Shown: positions 38,392-48,843, counted from the stretch's first letter. The stretch is DNA of 64,000 nucleotides from an uncultured Pseudomonadales bacterium (GCA_964502565.1 CAZCXA010000001.1:3806-67805), one strand, 5' to 3'. Notes: a model not told the origin generated them from the letters alone. Program-made: numbers and translations.

Positions 38392-39639
38392 CTACAACTC
38401 CTTGGCTTGTTGTTCCTCTTGATACTCTTTGAGTCTTTTTTCAATAGCTTCCTTTTCCGCTTGAGTGATAGTCTCTTCTTCAGCCCATTTATCCTGAAAT
38501 CTTTCAAGATCATAGATCGTGGTTAGTTTATGCTGAACTAAAAACTCGCGAGTTTCTGAAGAAAGCTCGCTCCAGGTGTCAATCTCATACTCTTCTTCAC
38601 CAGTTGCTTCAGATTCAACATCTCCTTGAGCAGATTTAATAGTAATCAGATAACCAGTAAGTTTAGCTGCTAAACGCACATTTTGACCACCTCTACCAAT
38701 GGCTAAAGACAGCTGGTCGTCAGGAGCAGTGACCACCACCTTGCTGTTTTCTTCATCAACCTCAACCAATAAATTTTCAGCTGGGGCTAAAGCTGTTTTA
38801 AGATAGACGTTCAAATCTTCATGAAAAGGTACAATATCTATCTTTTCGTTATTTAGTTCTTCAATAACTTTTTGGACACGCACTCCTCTCTGACCAACAC
38901 ATGAACCAACTGGGTCAACTCCCTCTTGAGTGGAGCGAACTGCAATCTTGGTTCTGACTCCTGCCTCACGAGCAACAGCCACCACTTCAACTGCACCAGA
39001 ACTTACCTCTGGAACCTCTCGTTCAAATAACTTTGAGACCAACTCTGGAGCTGAACGAGACACAATAATGGCTGAACCACGAAACTCATCAGAAATTTCC
39101 TTAATAAGAACAGAGATGCGCTGATTTTTACGGTAAAACTCACCTCGCATCTGTTCAGTTGGAGGCATATATGCCTGACCTCGACCAATCTCGATCACCA
39201 CCGAGCCTCGATCCATTCGTAGCACCTGACCAGTAATAACCTCACCGATTTTATCTTGAAACTCGTTGATAATCTGATCTTTCTCACTACGCCTAATCTC
39301 CTGAAAAATAACCTGTTTAGCAGTTTGTGTGGCAATTCTGCCAAAACCTGGCAAGGTCATTTCTTCTGCTTTGGTTTTATCCCATTGGAGAATCTCTCCA
39401 GTTTTCTCATCTCTTTCTAGCACAGGAGCTTTATATATTTTTGATTCTCCTGTTTCTTTGTTTAGCTCAACATAATAATAAAACTCTTCATCTAGACCAC
39501 CCACTTCTTTACGGTAAGCCGAAACTAAAGAATGTTCAATAGCATCATAAATTGCCTGTGGGTCAATCTTTCTTTCCCTGGCTATTTGAGCAATAGCAGC
39601 TGCGAATTCTGTTCTAACAAGCGGACTGATGTTTGCCAT
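38392..39639 (-). CDS. nusA: Transcription factor NusA
   Basis: FGRIATQTAKQVI, AREAGVRTKIAV, DPVGSCVG, SLAIGRGGQNVRLA. Confidence 0.98.
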   Translation of the reverse strand: MANISPLVRTEFAAAIAQIARERKIDPQAIYDAIEHSLVSAYRKEVGGLDEEFYYYVELNKETGESKIYKAPVLERDEKTGEILQWDKTKAEEMTLPGFGRIATQTAKQVIFQEIRRSEKDQIINEFQDKIGEVITGQVLRMDRGSVVIEIGRGQAYMPPTEQMRGEFYRKNQRISVLIKEISDEFRGSAIIVSRSAPELVSKLFEREVPEVSSGAVEVVAVAREAGVRTKIAVRSTQEGVDPVGSCVGQRGVRVQKVIEELNNEKIDIVPFHEDLNVYLKTALAPAENLLVEVDEENSKVVVTAPDDQLSLAIGRGGQNVRLAAKLTGYLITIKSAQGDVESEATGEEEYEIDTWSELSSETREFLVQHKLTTIYDLERFQDKWAEEETITQAEKEAIEKRLKEYQEEQQAKEL

Positions 39640-39720
39640 AGTGTGTAAATGTTTGATAAATAATTAAAATTAAAAAATAAAAATTAAAAAAGTTTCCTGG
39701 TTTAACTCTCGCCCAAACCT

Positions 39721-39754
39721 TAAATAAAAAAGCGCACTTGTTCAGTCCGCTCTT
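39721..39754 (-). promoter_or_regulatory. Weak terminator/attenuator hairpin in the nusA leader
   Basis: AAGAGCGGACT-GAACA-AGTGCGCTTTTTTATTTA, ~80 nt upstream of the nusA ATG. Confidence 0.6.
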
Positions 39755-39978
39755 AAAAAAATCTAAATTATCAAGTTACTAACTTAAGCCTATAAATATA
39801 TTATACCTTGAAACGTGATAAGTTGCTAGGGGGAGTTAAGGTTAGGTATTTAATCTCTGTCGCCTGGTGTCTGGTTCCTCTGTGCTATTATTTAATCCCT
39901 GTTGCCTTTTGTCTAGCCCCTACCTGATATCTAGTCTCTGCACCTGGTGTCTGGTTTAACAAATTTTTCTAACTTAAC

Positions 39979-40836
39979 TTACATCCCAGTATCTTTTAAC
40001 TGCTGAATCAACTCCTTTTGTTCTTTGTTTAGCTTCTCCGGCACCTCTACAATCAGTCGCACATAAAAATCACCCCTTCCACCACCGCGGATGTGGCGAA
40101 TGCCCTCCCCTCGTAATCTAACCAAGGTATGAGATTGTGTGCCAGGTCTAATTCGTAAATTTAAGCCATTGTCTAATGTTTTTACCTGCTTAACACCGCC
40201 CAAAGCTGCCAAAGTAAAAGCAATTTTTTCGTCAACATAAACATCATATCCCTCCCTCTTGAAACGCGGATGAGCTTTGACATCAATCGAGATATCAAAA
40301 TCCTTAAATCGAATCCTGGTACCGTCGTCAGCACCGGCAGGTACCTTGATTTTACGTTTTTTGCCATCGATCTCAACTTCTTTGGTAGTCCCATTAACCG
40401 CCTCCATAAACTCAATTCTTAAACTATACCTAGGACGCTGAGCTTGACGAGTAAAACCACCTCCAAAAAATTGATCAAAAATCTCAAACGGATCTCCAAA
40501 ATCAAAACCCTGAAAAGGGTTTGGGCCACCACTGCCTTGGGTATAAGTATAAGTAAAGGGACCAGAACGAGTGCCTCCAGCAAAAGGATTGGCTCCCATA
40601 CCTCCGGCTTGGCTAAAGGCAGCATGACCAAACTGATCATAAGTTTGACGTTTTTTTTCGTCTGATAAAACCTGATACGCTTCATTAATTTCTTTGAACT
40701 TTTCCTCAGCATCATTAGATTTGTTTTTATCAGGATGGTACTTCAAGGCTAGCACTCGATAAGCCTTCTTAATATCAGCTTGAGAAGAATTTTTATCAAC
40801 GCCTAGAATCTCGTAGTAGTCTCGCTTGGTTGGCAT
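39979..40836 (-). CDS. dnaJ: DnaJ, class B (no zinc finger)
   Basis: J-domain with HPD, G/F-rich region, C-terminal domain; no CxxCxGxG repeats; 285 aa. Confidence 0.92.
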   Translation of the reverse strand: MPTKRDYYEILGVDKNSSQADIKKAYRVLALKYHPDKNKSNDAEEKFKEINEAYQVLSDEKKRQTYDQFGHAAFSQAGGMGANPFAGGTRSGPFTYTYTQGSGGPNPFQGFDFGDPFEIFDQFFGGGFTRQAQRPRYSLRIEFMEAVNGTTKEVEIDGKKRKIKVPAGADDGTRIRFKDFDISIDVKAHPRFKREGYDVYVDEKIAFTLAALGGVKQVKTLDNGLNLRIRPGTQSHTLVRLRGEGIRHIRGGGRGDFYVRLIVEVPEKLNKEQKELIQQLKDTGM

Positions 40837-40860
40837 GGTATTAAAACTAAATATTTTGTA

Positions 40861-43188
40861 TTAATTATGAGTTGTTTCCAACTTGTTTTTCTTCAATCTC
40901 GAAACTATTAGTATAACAGCTGAAGCAAATCCAGTTGAGATCGAGGTCATTCCGCCCAAATAAAAAAACCGAGGGTGATACCACAACTTGATGCTGTTTT
41001 TGCCAGGTTTTATGGAAATCTGCCTCATCTGGTTAACTGCTAAAACCTCGATTTCTTCTCCATTTACTTCAGCTTGCCAATTTTTATCATAGCGATCAGC
41101 AATAATCAACTGGTTGGCATCGCTCTCATTAATAAACTGAAGCTCGATTTTATTAGGATCTTCATTAATTATTAGGTTTTTAGGTGCCTGATTTGCCAGT
41201 GCACCATCAGCCAATCTAAACCTTGGTAAAGCTGGTAGTTCATACAAGGCCCAGTGGTCTTGTGTTGCGATTAAGTTTAAATCAGCAAAAGCCTGCTGTC
41301 CTCTAAACCATTGGTCAACTAAATAATATTTTACAGACCAATCTGGCAATAACTCATTGTCCAACTTAATCTCTGACAAGTTATTAATGGCAGGAACATC
41401 TGAGTTATGCCAAACATCATTCACTGTCAAAGGCATCAGGGTGGTGTAGCCATTTAAGACTTTTGTGTTCGCCACCATGTTCCAATCAGGAGTCATGCCA
41501 GAGGACATCCTTGTTAAGTGATTAAACTCGGTTAGTTCTTTTTGATCAACATAAGAATCAGAAAATGGCTGTCTAACAGCAATGGCCTCCCAGTAGGCTC
41601 CAAAACCAGTATAAGGAGCATTATAGTTACGGATCAGTGTTCTTGCCTGAGGATCGCTATTAACTCTTTCTTGAAAAACAAGTTCTGAACTCAGTTGAGG
41701 ATAAACTTTAGCTGGTGCAAAAAACAAGATGCCTTGGGTATTAAAAATCAGGTCTAGACTCAATAACAAAACACAGAAAAAATACAGTTTTTTCTTTAAA
41801 AAATAAGTAATAACTAAGAAAAAAGAACCATTAATCAGTAAATTACAAATAATATTTTGGGCAATCACCCGATTTTTTTCAATAGTATGGAAAGGACTTA
41901 ACAAAAGACGACTGTTCAGCAAATCATTAACTAGTTGCCAGATAAAATAAAAATTAGTTTGGATGATTAAATAACTCACAGAAGCAATGAACAAGATAAC
42001 AGAACCAACAAGAAAATAAGTTTTACTAACCTTAAAACTTGTAAAATACTTGCCAATAATAATCGCGACAAAAAAACAAGAAATAATCAGGGCGGTGCTG
42101 GGACCTCTGCTGGGACCGGTTAAAAACGAGAGGTTAAGAGGCAGATAACCACCAAAAGAAAAAAGAAAAAACAGTAAGAATAAAAATAACCAAATCATCT
42201 CTTTTTTGTTTTTTTTCTTGTTAAGAATAAATCTAAACAAGATCAACAGCCCAAGCCAGCTAAAATACATGGCTACATTGGGCATGCTGTTCCAACTGGG
42301 ACCCCATTTAATGCCAGCAACTGGATGATCAAAAAAATAAGGCAGGAATAATTTAATAGTTTCAAGCGGATGCAAAGAGCCAGATATTGCTTGGTCGCTG
42401 GTCTGAATAATTCTAGTTGAGTTTTGTAAAACCTCGATAAAAGGCAACCAAATAACAGCTGATAAAGCCACAGTTAAAACTCCTGTTTGTAACCAGTGCC
42501 AAAACCAAACTTTTAATGATCTCTTAGAAAATAACGGTTTTTCTTTCTCCAAAAAAGAAATAATTACTGCCAGTAAGATGCTGTAAAAAACATGTGATGG
42601 ATAACCACCAGCAAACTGAAAAAAAACTGTTACGGCAAATAAAAAGCGATGTTTAAAAGATTTATTTATAGACAATCCTGTATAAACAACTAAAGGTAAC
42701 CAAGAAAGAGACTGAAGGGTTGAGATATTATTCATCACTGCCGTGATTTGGGTTGAGGCTGTCCAGATGACAGAAGCAAACAAGGCAGAGTAGTGATTTT
42801 TTATCACCTTTTTTGTGACTAGATACATGCCTATAAAGGTTAGGGCCAGATGAAGCATCAGGGTCAGATTAAGCGCCTGAGCACTGTTCAACCACATGAA
42901 AAATAATGTTGAGGGATAAAAGATTGACTGGTTAACATCACCTATCCAAGAAATGCCGGTGAAGATGGTTGGATTCCAGAGTGGTAAGACGCCCTGCTTA
43001 AGCCAATGAGCAGTAAACAGTTTGCCTGGTATCATCAAGGAATAATTATCACCAAAGAAGAGGGTTTTGCCTTGTAAAAATGGCCAAAAACGGGCGACAA
43101 GAAGAAACAAAAAAACAGTTATTACTTGGGAAAGTGGTAAACTTAGCCATGACTTAATTTTTTTATAATAAGGTAAAAAAAAGCTCAT
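40861..43188 (-). CDS. YfhO-like polytopic membrane protein (GT-C-type glycosyltransferase)
   Basis: GVLPLWNPTIFTG..SIFYP, ~12 TMs, C-terminal LIIADRYDKNWQAEVNG..PGKNSIKLWYHP. Confidence 0.85.
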   Translation of the reverse strand: MSFFLPYYKKIKSWLSLPLSQVITVFLFLLVARFWPFLQGKTLFFGDNYSLMIPGKLFTAHWLKQGVLPLWNPTIFTGISWIGDVNQSIFYPSTLFFMWLNSAQALNLTLMLHLALTFIGMYLVTKKVIKNHYSALFASVIWTASTQITAVMNNISTLQSLSWLPLVVYTGLSINKSFKHRFLFAVTVFFQFAGGYPSHVFYSILLAVIISFLEKEKPLFSKRSLKVWFWHWLQTGVLTVALSAVIWLPFIEVLQNSTRIIQTSDQAISGSLHPLETIKLFLPYFFDHPVAGIKWGPSWNSMPNVAMYFSWLGLLILFRFILNKKKNKKEMIWLFLFLLFFLFSFGGYLPLNLSFLTGPSRGPSTALIISCFFVAIIIGKYFTSFKVSKTYFLVGSVILFIASVSYLIIQTNFYFIWQLVNDLLNSRLLLSPFHTIEKNRVIAQNIICNLLINGSFFLVITYFLKKKLYFFCVLLLSLDLIFNTQGILFFAPAKVYPQLSSELVFQERVNSDPQARTLIRNYNAPYTGFGAYWEAIAVRQPFSDSYVDQKELTEFNHLTRMSSGMTPDWNMVANTKVLNGYTTLMPLTVNDVWHNSDVPAINNLSEIKLDNELLPDWSVKYYLVDQWFRGQQAFADLNLIATQDHWALYELPALPRFRLADGALANQAPKNLIINEDPNKIELQFINESDANQLIIADRYDKNWQAEVNGEEIEVLAVNQMRQISIKPGKNSIKLWYHPRFFYLGGMTSISTGFASAVILIVSRLKKNKLETTHN

Positions 43189-43244
43189 TTTTGAGAAGAT
43201 CTGTTGAATAAGTTTGAAAGATTAACCTCAACAAGTTAATCTTG

Positions 43245-43916
43245 TTAAAAAAACCTTAACTTGCCGATCGTCCAAAAAGCTGAAAATCCATCTCTCCAAG
43301 TTATCTTTTTTCCCTCCTCAAAATTACGACCGATATAACTAATTGGCACCTCAAAAATATTAATATTTTTTTTCAAAATTTTACAAGTAATTTCAGGCTC
43401 AAGATCAAATTTATTAGCACGGAGATCTAAACTTCTCATTAACTCGGTTGGCACTAACTTATAACAGGTCTCCATATCAGATAAAGTGGTATTATATAAA
43501 AGATTAACAGTAAAATTCAGCATCGTATTGCCAACTCTGTGCCAGAATAATAAGTTTGAATGAGGGCCAATAAATCGAGAACCATAAACAACATCAACTC
43601 GATCTTTTTTTGCAGCGTCAACCAAAATTTTGATGTCAGCAGGATCATACTCTAAATCTGCATCTTGAATTAATACATAATCACCCATAACTTTTTTTAA
43701 ACCTAACCGTACCGCGCTACCTTTACCTTCATTTTTTTTTGAAAAGCTTTTAATTTTTTTTGAGCGAATCTTTTTTATTTCTTGCCACGTATTATCGGTT
43801 GAACCATCATTGACAACCACAACTTCTTTTACTTCTTTTGTCTTTATCAATTTTTTTAAAACTTGCGCGATAGTGTTTTCTTCATTGTAAACTGGAACAA
43901 TAACCGAGAGGTGCAT
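43245..43916 (-). CDS. GT2 glycosyltransferase (polyprenol-phosphate glycosyltransferase-like)
   Basis: SVIVPVYNEE, VNDGSTD, NEGKGSA, IQDADLEYDP, DMETCYK, EGKKITWRDG. Confidence 0.93.
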   Translation of the reverse strand: MHLSVIVPVYNEENTIAQVLKKLIKTKEVKEVVVVNDGSTDNTWQEIKKIRSKKIKSFSKKNEGKGSAVRLGLKKVMGDYVLIQDADLEYDPADIKILVDAAKKDRVDVVYGSRFIGPHSNLLFWHRVGNTMLNFTVNLLYNTTLSDMETCYKLVPTELMRSLDLRANKFDLEPEITCKILKKNINIFEVPISYIGRNFEEGKKITWRDGFSAFWTIGKLRFF

Positions 43917-43917
43917 A

Positions 43918-44065
43918 TTAGTGTTTGGTGATTGATGATTAATTTTTGGTGTTTAGTGCTTGGTGTTGGATTAGTGTTTGGGTGTTGGACAAAGTGTTTG
44001 GTATTGAACTAGCGTTAGGGTGTTGGACAAAGTGTTTGGTATTGAACAAGTGTTAGGGTGCTGGA
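43918..44065. repeat. Heptamer run followed by a 38-bp tandem repeat (2 copies plus partial)
   Basis: ttagtgt ttggtga ttgatga ttaattt ttggtgt ttagtgc ttggtgt, then gggtgttggacaaagtgtttggtattgaac(t/a)ag(c/t)gtta at 43980 and 44018. Confidence 0.85.
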
Positions 44066-44106
44066 TGAAATGCAAACTCCTCAATATTTAAGATATTTAA
44101 AAATCA

Positions 44107-44151
44107 CCCCTAGCTCTGTCCAGTGTGACTGAACTTTTTTTAAGCTAGGGG
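44107..44151 (-). terminator. Possible terminator/stabilising hairpin after dnaK
   Basis: cccctagct..agctagggg 9-bp stem with a long loop. Confidence 0.5.
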
Positions 44152-44177
44152 CTCATCTTGTTACTAATTTTTATCTT

Positions 44178-46127
44178 TTAATTTACAACCTCTCCCTCTT
44201 CTACATCTTCATTGCTTTTTTTAGTTTCATCTTTCTTGCCCTCAGAGGAATCCTTTTCTGTATCAGTTTTATCAGCTTCAGCCTTGCTCGCATCAGCTTC
44301 CTGAGCTTGTCGCATAGCCTCACCTAGTTTTTGACCAGCGGTCAAGGTTTGTTCTACAGCTTGTTCAAGCTCTTCTTTAGTGACATCTTCCTTTTCTGCC
44401 AGCTCTTTTAATTTTTCAACTGACTCCTCTAAAGATTTTTTATCAGCTTCCTCCAGTTTGTCTCCATAATCCTTTAACTGCTTTTCAAGCTCAAAAGCGA
44501 CACTGCTGGCTTGGTTGCGAGCCTCTACCAACTCTCTCTTTTTCTTGTCCTCATCAGCGTGCTCTTCAGCATCTTGTTTCATTTTTTCAACTTCCTCATC
44601 TGTTAAGTTTGTGGTGTTTTTAATGGTAATCGACTGTTCCTTACCCGTAGTTTTATCCTTTGCCGAAACATTTAAGATACCGTTAGAATCAATATCAAAC
44701 GTGACCTCAACTTGCGGGACTCCTCGAGGAGCAGGCGGAATACCATCTAGAATAAAACGACCAAGCGATTTATTATCAGCTGCCATCTCTCGCTCACCTT
44801 GTAAAACAACAATTTCTACTTGAGTCTGATTATCACCAGCAGTGGAAAATATTTTAGAAGCGCTGGTTGGAATGGTCGTGTTGCGATCAATTAAAGAAGT
44901 GCGAACACCACCTAAAGTTTCAATACCTAAAGTCAGTGGGGTAACATCTAACAAAACCATGTCTTGCACGTCTCCACCAATCACACCGGCTTGCACTGCT
45001 GCGCCAACTGCCACCACCTCATCTGGATTAACTCCTTTATGAGGCTTTTTACCAAAAAACTTTTCCACCTTTTCTTGAATTTTTGGCATGCGAGTTTGAC
45101 CACCAACCAAGATTACCTCGTTGATATCACTGGCTTTTTTGCCAGCATCTTTTAAGGCTTTTTCTACCGGAGTAAATGATTTCTCGATTAAATCGTCAAC
45201 CAACTCCTCTAACTTTGCTCTAGTTAAACTCATGGTTAAATGTAAGGGGTTGCCCTCTTTACTCTGAGTAATGAACGGTTGGTTAATATCAGTTTTTTGA
45301 GCAGTAGATAACTCAATCTTGGCTTTTTCAGCCACATCTTTAATTCTTTGCAAAGCTTGTTTGTCAGCTGACAAGTCCACGCCGTTTTCTTTTTTAAACT
45401 CGGCCACTATCCACTCCATAATCTGTTGGTCAAAATCATTACCTCCTAAAAAGGTGTCACCATTAGTTGATTTCACCTCAAACACACCGTCACCTATCTC
45501 TAAAATCGAGATGTCAAAAGTGCCTCCGCCAAGATCATAAACAGCAATGGTTTCATTCTTTTTCTTATCAAGACCATAAGCTAAGGAAGCAGCTGTGGGC
45601 TCGTTCACGATTCTTTCCACAGTAAAACCTGCAATCTCGCCTGCCTGTTTAGTGGCTTGACGTTGAGAGTCGTCAAAATAAGCAGGCACGGTAATGACTG
45701 CTCTTTCTACCTTTTCCCCCAAGTAACTTTCTGCGTCCTGCTTAGCTTTAATCAAAACCTGGGCAGAGATTTCTTGAGGTGTGTAAGATTTGCCATCAAT
45801 CTCGATTACAGCTACACCATCTTTACCCTGTTTAATATCATAAGTCACATGCTTAATCGCTTTGGATACAGCTTGATCACTAAAACGACGCCCAATAAAT
45901 CTTTTCACCGACTCAATAGTGGTTTTGGGGTTAAGCACCATCTGTCTTTTAGCTGGATCACCCACGATAATCTCATCACCTTTAAAGGCTACTATCGAGG
46001 GAAAGGTGTTGCGACCCTCAGCTGAAGGGATTATTTTAGGTGAACCACCTTCCATCACCGCTATCGCTGAGTTGGTGGTGCCTAGATCAATGCCGATAAT
46101 TTTTCCTTGTGGTTGTGTTTTTGCCAT
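44178..46127 (-). CDS. dnaK: Chaperone DnaK
   Basis: [44 protein letters not shown]. Confidence 0.99.
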   Translation of the reverse strand: MAKTQPQGKIIGIDLGTTNSAIAVMEGGSPKIIPSAEGRNTFPSIVAFKGDEIIVGDPAKRQMVLNPKTTIESVKRFIGRRFSDQAVSKAIKHVTYDIKQGKDGVAVIEIDGKSYTPQEISAQVLIKAKQDAESYLGEKVERAVITVPAYFDDSQRQATKQAGEIAGFTVERIVNEPTAASLAYGLDKKKNETIAVYDLGGGTFDISILEIGDGVFEVKSTNGDTFLGGNDFDQQIMEWIVAEFKKENGVDLSADKQALQRIKDVAEKAKIELSTAQKTDINQPFITQSKEGNPLHLTMSLTRAKLEELVDDLIEKSFTPVEKALKDAGKKASDINEVILVGGQTRMPKIQEKVEKFFGKKPHKGVNPDEVVAVGAAVQAGVIGGDVQDMVLLDVTPLTLGIETLGGVRTSLIDRNTTIPTSASKIFSTAGDNQTQVEIVVLQGEREMAADNKSLGRFILDGIPPAPRGVPQVEVTFDIDSNGILNVSAKDKTTGKEQSITIKNTTNLTDEEVEKMKQDAEEHADEDKKKRELVEARNQASSVAFELEKQLKDYGDKLEEADKKSLEESVEKLKELAEKEDVTKEELEQAVEQTLTAGQKLGEAMRQAQEADASKAEADKTDTEKDSSEGKKDETKKSNEDVEEGEVVN

Positions 46128-46274
46128 AGTTATTCCTTTTTTAAGATTGGTATTTAGTATTTAGTATAAAGTTATAAATATAGAGTACTCGACGCCAGGT
46201 ATCTGGCATGTGGTATAAAAACCCAATGGTTAAAAAATCTTTGTGTGGTTAAAAACCTGGTTTTTGCCTTTATC

Positions 46275-46739
46275 CTAGTTCTGCCCTAAAACTACCTTTG
46301 CGTGCTGAATCACTTTATCTTTTAAAAGATAGCCTTTTTTAACCACCTCTACCACCAGATTTCCCTCACCGTTGTGGTCAACCGCCTCCATTGTTTCTAG
46401 ATCAAACTCCTTACCTAAAACATTGATTTCTTTTAGTCCAGCTTGTTCCAGCGTTTTTACAAACTCGGCTAAAATCATGGCTAAACCTTGATCATTTATT
46501 TGAGTGGTTGCTTTTTCTAAACTTTCTAAAACAGGCAACAAAGATAAGATTAACTCTTTGTTTGCAAACTTAATTACTTGACCTCGTTCCAGCTGGGTTC
46601 TGCGTTGTAAGTTTTGATAATCAGCTAATGATCTTTTCTCTCTTTCTTGAGCTATAGTAAGCTTAATTTTTAATTCTTTAATCTCATTTTGTTGATTATC
46701 ATTTAATGGTTGCGTTTTTTTTGGTGATTGTTTTTTCAT
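46275..46739 (-). CDS. grpE: Nucleotide exchange factor GrpE
   Basis: LADYQNLQRR, LLPVLESLE, KGYLLKDKVIQHAKV; lies between hrcA and dnaK. Likely start 46739. Confidence 0.95.
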   Translation of the reverse strand: MKKQSPKKTQPLNDNQQNEIKELKIKLTIAQEREKRSLADYQNLQRRTQLERGQVIKFANKELILSLLPVLESLEKATTQINDQGLAMILAEFVKTLEQAGLKEINVLGKEFDLETMEAVDHNGEGNLVVEVVKKGYLLKDKVIQHAKVVLGQN

Positions 46740-46758
46740 GCTCACTACTCTCTGTTTT

Positions 46759-47478
46759 TTAAACAATCTGCTCGATCAAGCTTTTGAAATATTTCATGGT
46801 TGGCACTAAATAGGAATAGTTAAACCTAGTAGAACCAAACACCCCTAGTTGGCATTGATGACCCAAAGCATTCACTGAAATAAACATTATACCAACCTGT
46901 TCAAGCTCTTTTTCTCCTAGCTCTCTGCCATAAACAATCTGAATTTTATCATAGCTTTGACCTCGAGCAAAAATCTCATTAAGTAGCTTAGCTTGTTCAA
47001 TAATTGACAAAGCCCTTTTCATTACCTGGATATCAAAAAACTCAGGCATTTCGAGCAGATTAGCATACCCAGAATGATACAAGTGAGAGTCGTCGGACAT
47101 GGCTAAACCAACAGCCTTAGCCCGAGTAGCCAAGGCTTGACAAGTTTGCTGAAGCAACCGCTCCAGCTGATCTTTACTGTTCCAAATTTTCTCTTTTGCG
47201 CTGACCTCATCTGCAACCGATAACTCTTCTTCCCTCATCAACTCATTAACATAAAGCCTAAAAGCTTGAGAGGTAGGCACACGTCCACCACTGGCGTGAG
47301 GTTTATACAGATAACCTTGCTTACTTAAATGCACCATCTCATTACGGATGGTGGCAGGAGATACCCCGATATTGTATTTTTTGTCGATCGTATCAGAACC
47401 CACAGGTTGAGCGGTTTCGATAAACTCCTCAATAATAGCCCTCAAGATTTGAATTTGTCGAGGCTGAAGATTAATCAT
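46759..47478 (-). CDS. hrcA: Heat-inducible transcription repressor HrcA (short form)
   Basis: ILRAIIEEFIETAQPVGS, SPATIRNEM, PHASGGRVPT. Confidence 0.95.
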   Translation of the reverse strand: MINLQPRQIQILRAIIEEFIETAQPVGSDTIDKKYNIGVSPATIRNEMVHLSKQGYLYKPHASGGRVPTSQAFRLYVNELMREEELSVADEVSAKEKIWNSKDQLERLLQQTCQALATRAKAVGLAMSDDSHLYHSGYANLLEMPEFFDIQVMKRALSIIEQAKLLNEIFARGQSYDKIQIVYGRELGEKELEQVGIMFISVNALGHQCQLGVFGSTRFNYSYLVPTMKYFKSLIEQIV

Positions 47479-47547
47479 AACAAGTTTTAAATAATTACTA
47501 AAAAAATATAGTTAAAGTTGGACATATCATATTTTGCAACAACTCTA

Positions 47548-47582
47548 TTAGCAATGATAATAAGAGTCTGCTAATTTGTCAA
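47548..47582 (-). promoter_or_regulatory. Variant CIRCE operator overlapping the sigma70 promoter of hrcA-grpE-dnaK
   Basis: Minus strand TTAGCAGAC-N9-CATTGCTAA (47548-47574) overlaps TTGACA-N17-TATCAT. Confidence 0.85.
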
Positions 47583-47742
47583 TGAGAAAACCGGTTTATT
47601 AATAAATTTATCAATAAAACAGAGAGATTATCTGCAAGAAAAAAGTTATGTCAATCAAAAATGAATAAAAACTAGCAAAAAAATAACGTCAAACTTAAAA
47701 ATATCATTCAAACAAAAAAACTGGGTTTTATAAAGGGGATTT

Positions 47743-48423
47743 TTATAAAAGCAACAACCCAATTCCTATCAAGGCTAGGCCTGAAGTTAGCCATTTAAGC
47801 CAGCTTAGTGGCCCTGATTGAGGCAACTCTTCAGGAAGTACAGGTTGTCCGCCCTTAGTGGTTGTGCTTTGAGTAGCTGTGGGGATTGGGGTGATAGTTG
47901 AACTTACAGTATATGTTCCCGCAATATTGCGAGCACATTGCTCATCGGTCGCTAATAAATTATCGCCTTCTCCAGTGGGTAAGATGTTGGAGTCCTGATG
48001 ATCAGCGCTACTACAGCGGAATGCAAGCGTAATATTGCCCGAGCTTATCTTGGGACTAACGGTAATTGTTGCCATCTTGCCACTGCCGGTCACTCCGCTG
48101 GTTTTGTCTAAGCCTAAAGTACCAGTAATTGCCAGCTCACCGGCAACGGTAGTATCTGTGCTAATGTTGTCAAAAAAATCATTAGCAGTAATGCCAACAA
48201 TATTAACATGATCGGTATTATAGGTGACTATGGCTACTGCAGAGTCTACTTCTGCGCCTTCTGTGTCAATTCTTACCTCAATCTCGGTTGTTCCAGCGAT
48301 GGTGCCGGTACTGGGAGAGAACAACAGTCTAGCAGCTAAAGCTGGTTTAACAAAACCGTGTGCAACAACCGCAAATGATAAAAAACTTATTATTAAAATG
48401 GGCAGTTTTAATCTTGTTTTCAT
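47743..48423 (-). CDS. Secreted cohesin-like protein with C-terminal LPQSG sortase signal
   Basis: Signal peptide ending ALA, LLFSPS..IEVRIDTEGAEVDSAVAIVTYN..GSGKMATIT (cohesin-like), P/T linker, LPQSG plus hydrophobic tail. Confidence 0.78.
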   Translation of the reverse strand: MKTRLKLPILIISFLSFAVVAHGFVKPALAARLLFSPSTGTIAGTTEIEVRIDTEGAEVDSAVAIVTYNTDHVNIVGITANDFFDNISTDTTVAGELAITGTLGLDKTSGVTGSGKMATITVSPKISSGNITLAFRCSSADHQDSNILPTGEGDNLLATDEQCARNIAGTYTVSSTITPIPTATQSTTTKGGQPVLPEELPQSGPLSWLKWLTSGLALIGIGLLLL

Positions 48424-48843
48424 GGATGTTAAAAGATTGTTTTATGAATACTAAATTAATGAGATGTAACTACTATAACATTTTTTTAAAAAGTTGACGA
48501 GAGAGGCTTTAAGCTCAAAAAAACAAACAAAATGTTTTTTAATATTATTTACTTAAAAAACACAACTCCTTTAATTTTAAATTTCTATTCTTAATCTTAA
48601 CTTATAACTTTTGAATTTCTATTAAATCATATATACTAAAATAAGTATTTTCATAAAAACAATGGAGCTATCTTCAAGTTCAGTCTGTCTTATCATCAGC
48701 TGGATAATTTTAGCCAATTTTTCTATTTTTTATAACAATATCTTCTCAGTATGTCTCCGCTTATCAGTATAAACCAAAATACGACTGCATTACCCAACAT
48801 ATCTTTTCAAAAAAATATTTTTTATTAAATCTTTTTAGAATTC

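Noticed and set aside
48662-48772. 36-codon hydrophobic ORF (MELSSSSVCL...) in the cohesin/GH39 intergenic region
   Set aside because: No RBS or motif; expected by chance in AT-rich DNA
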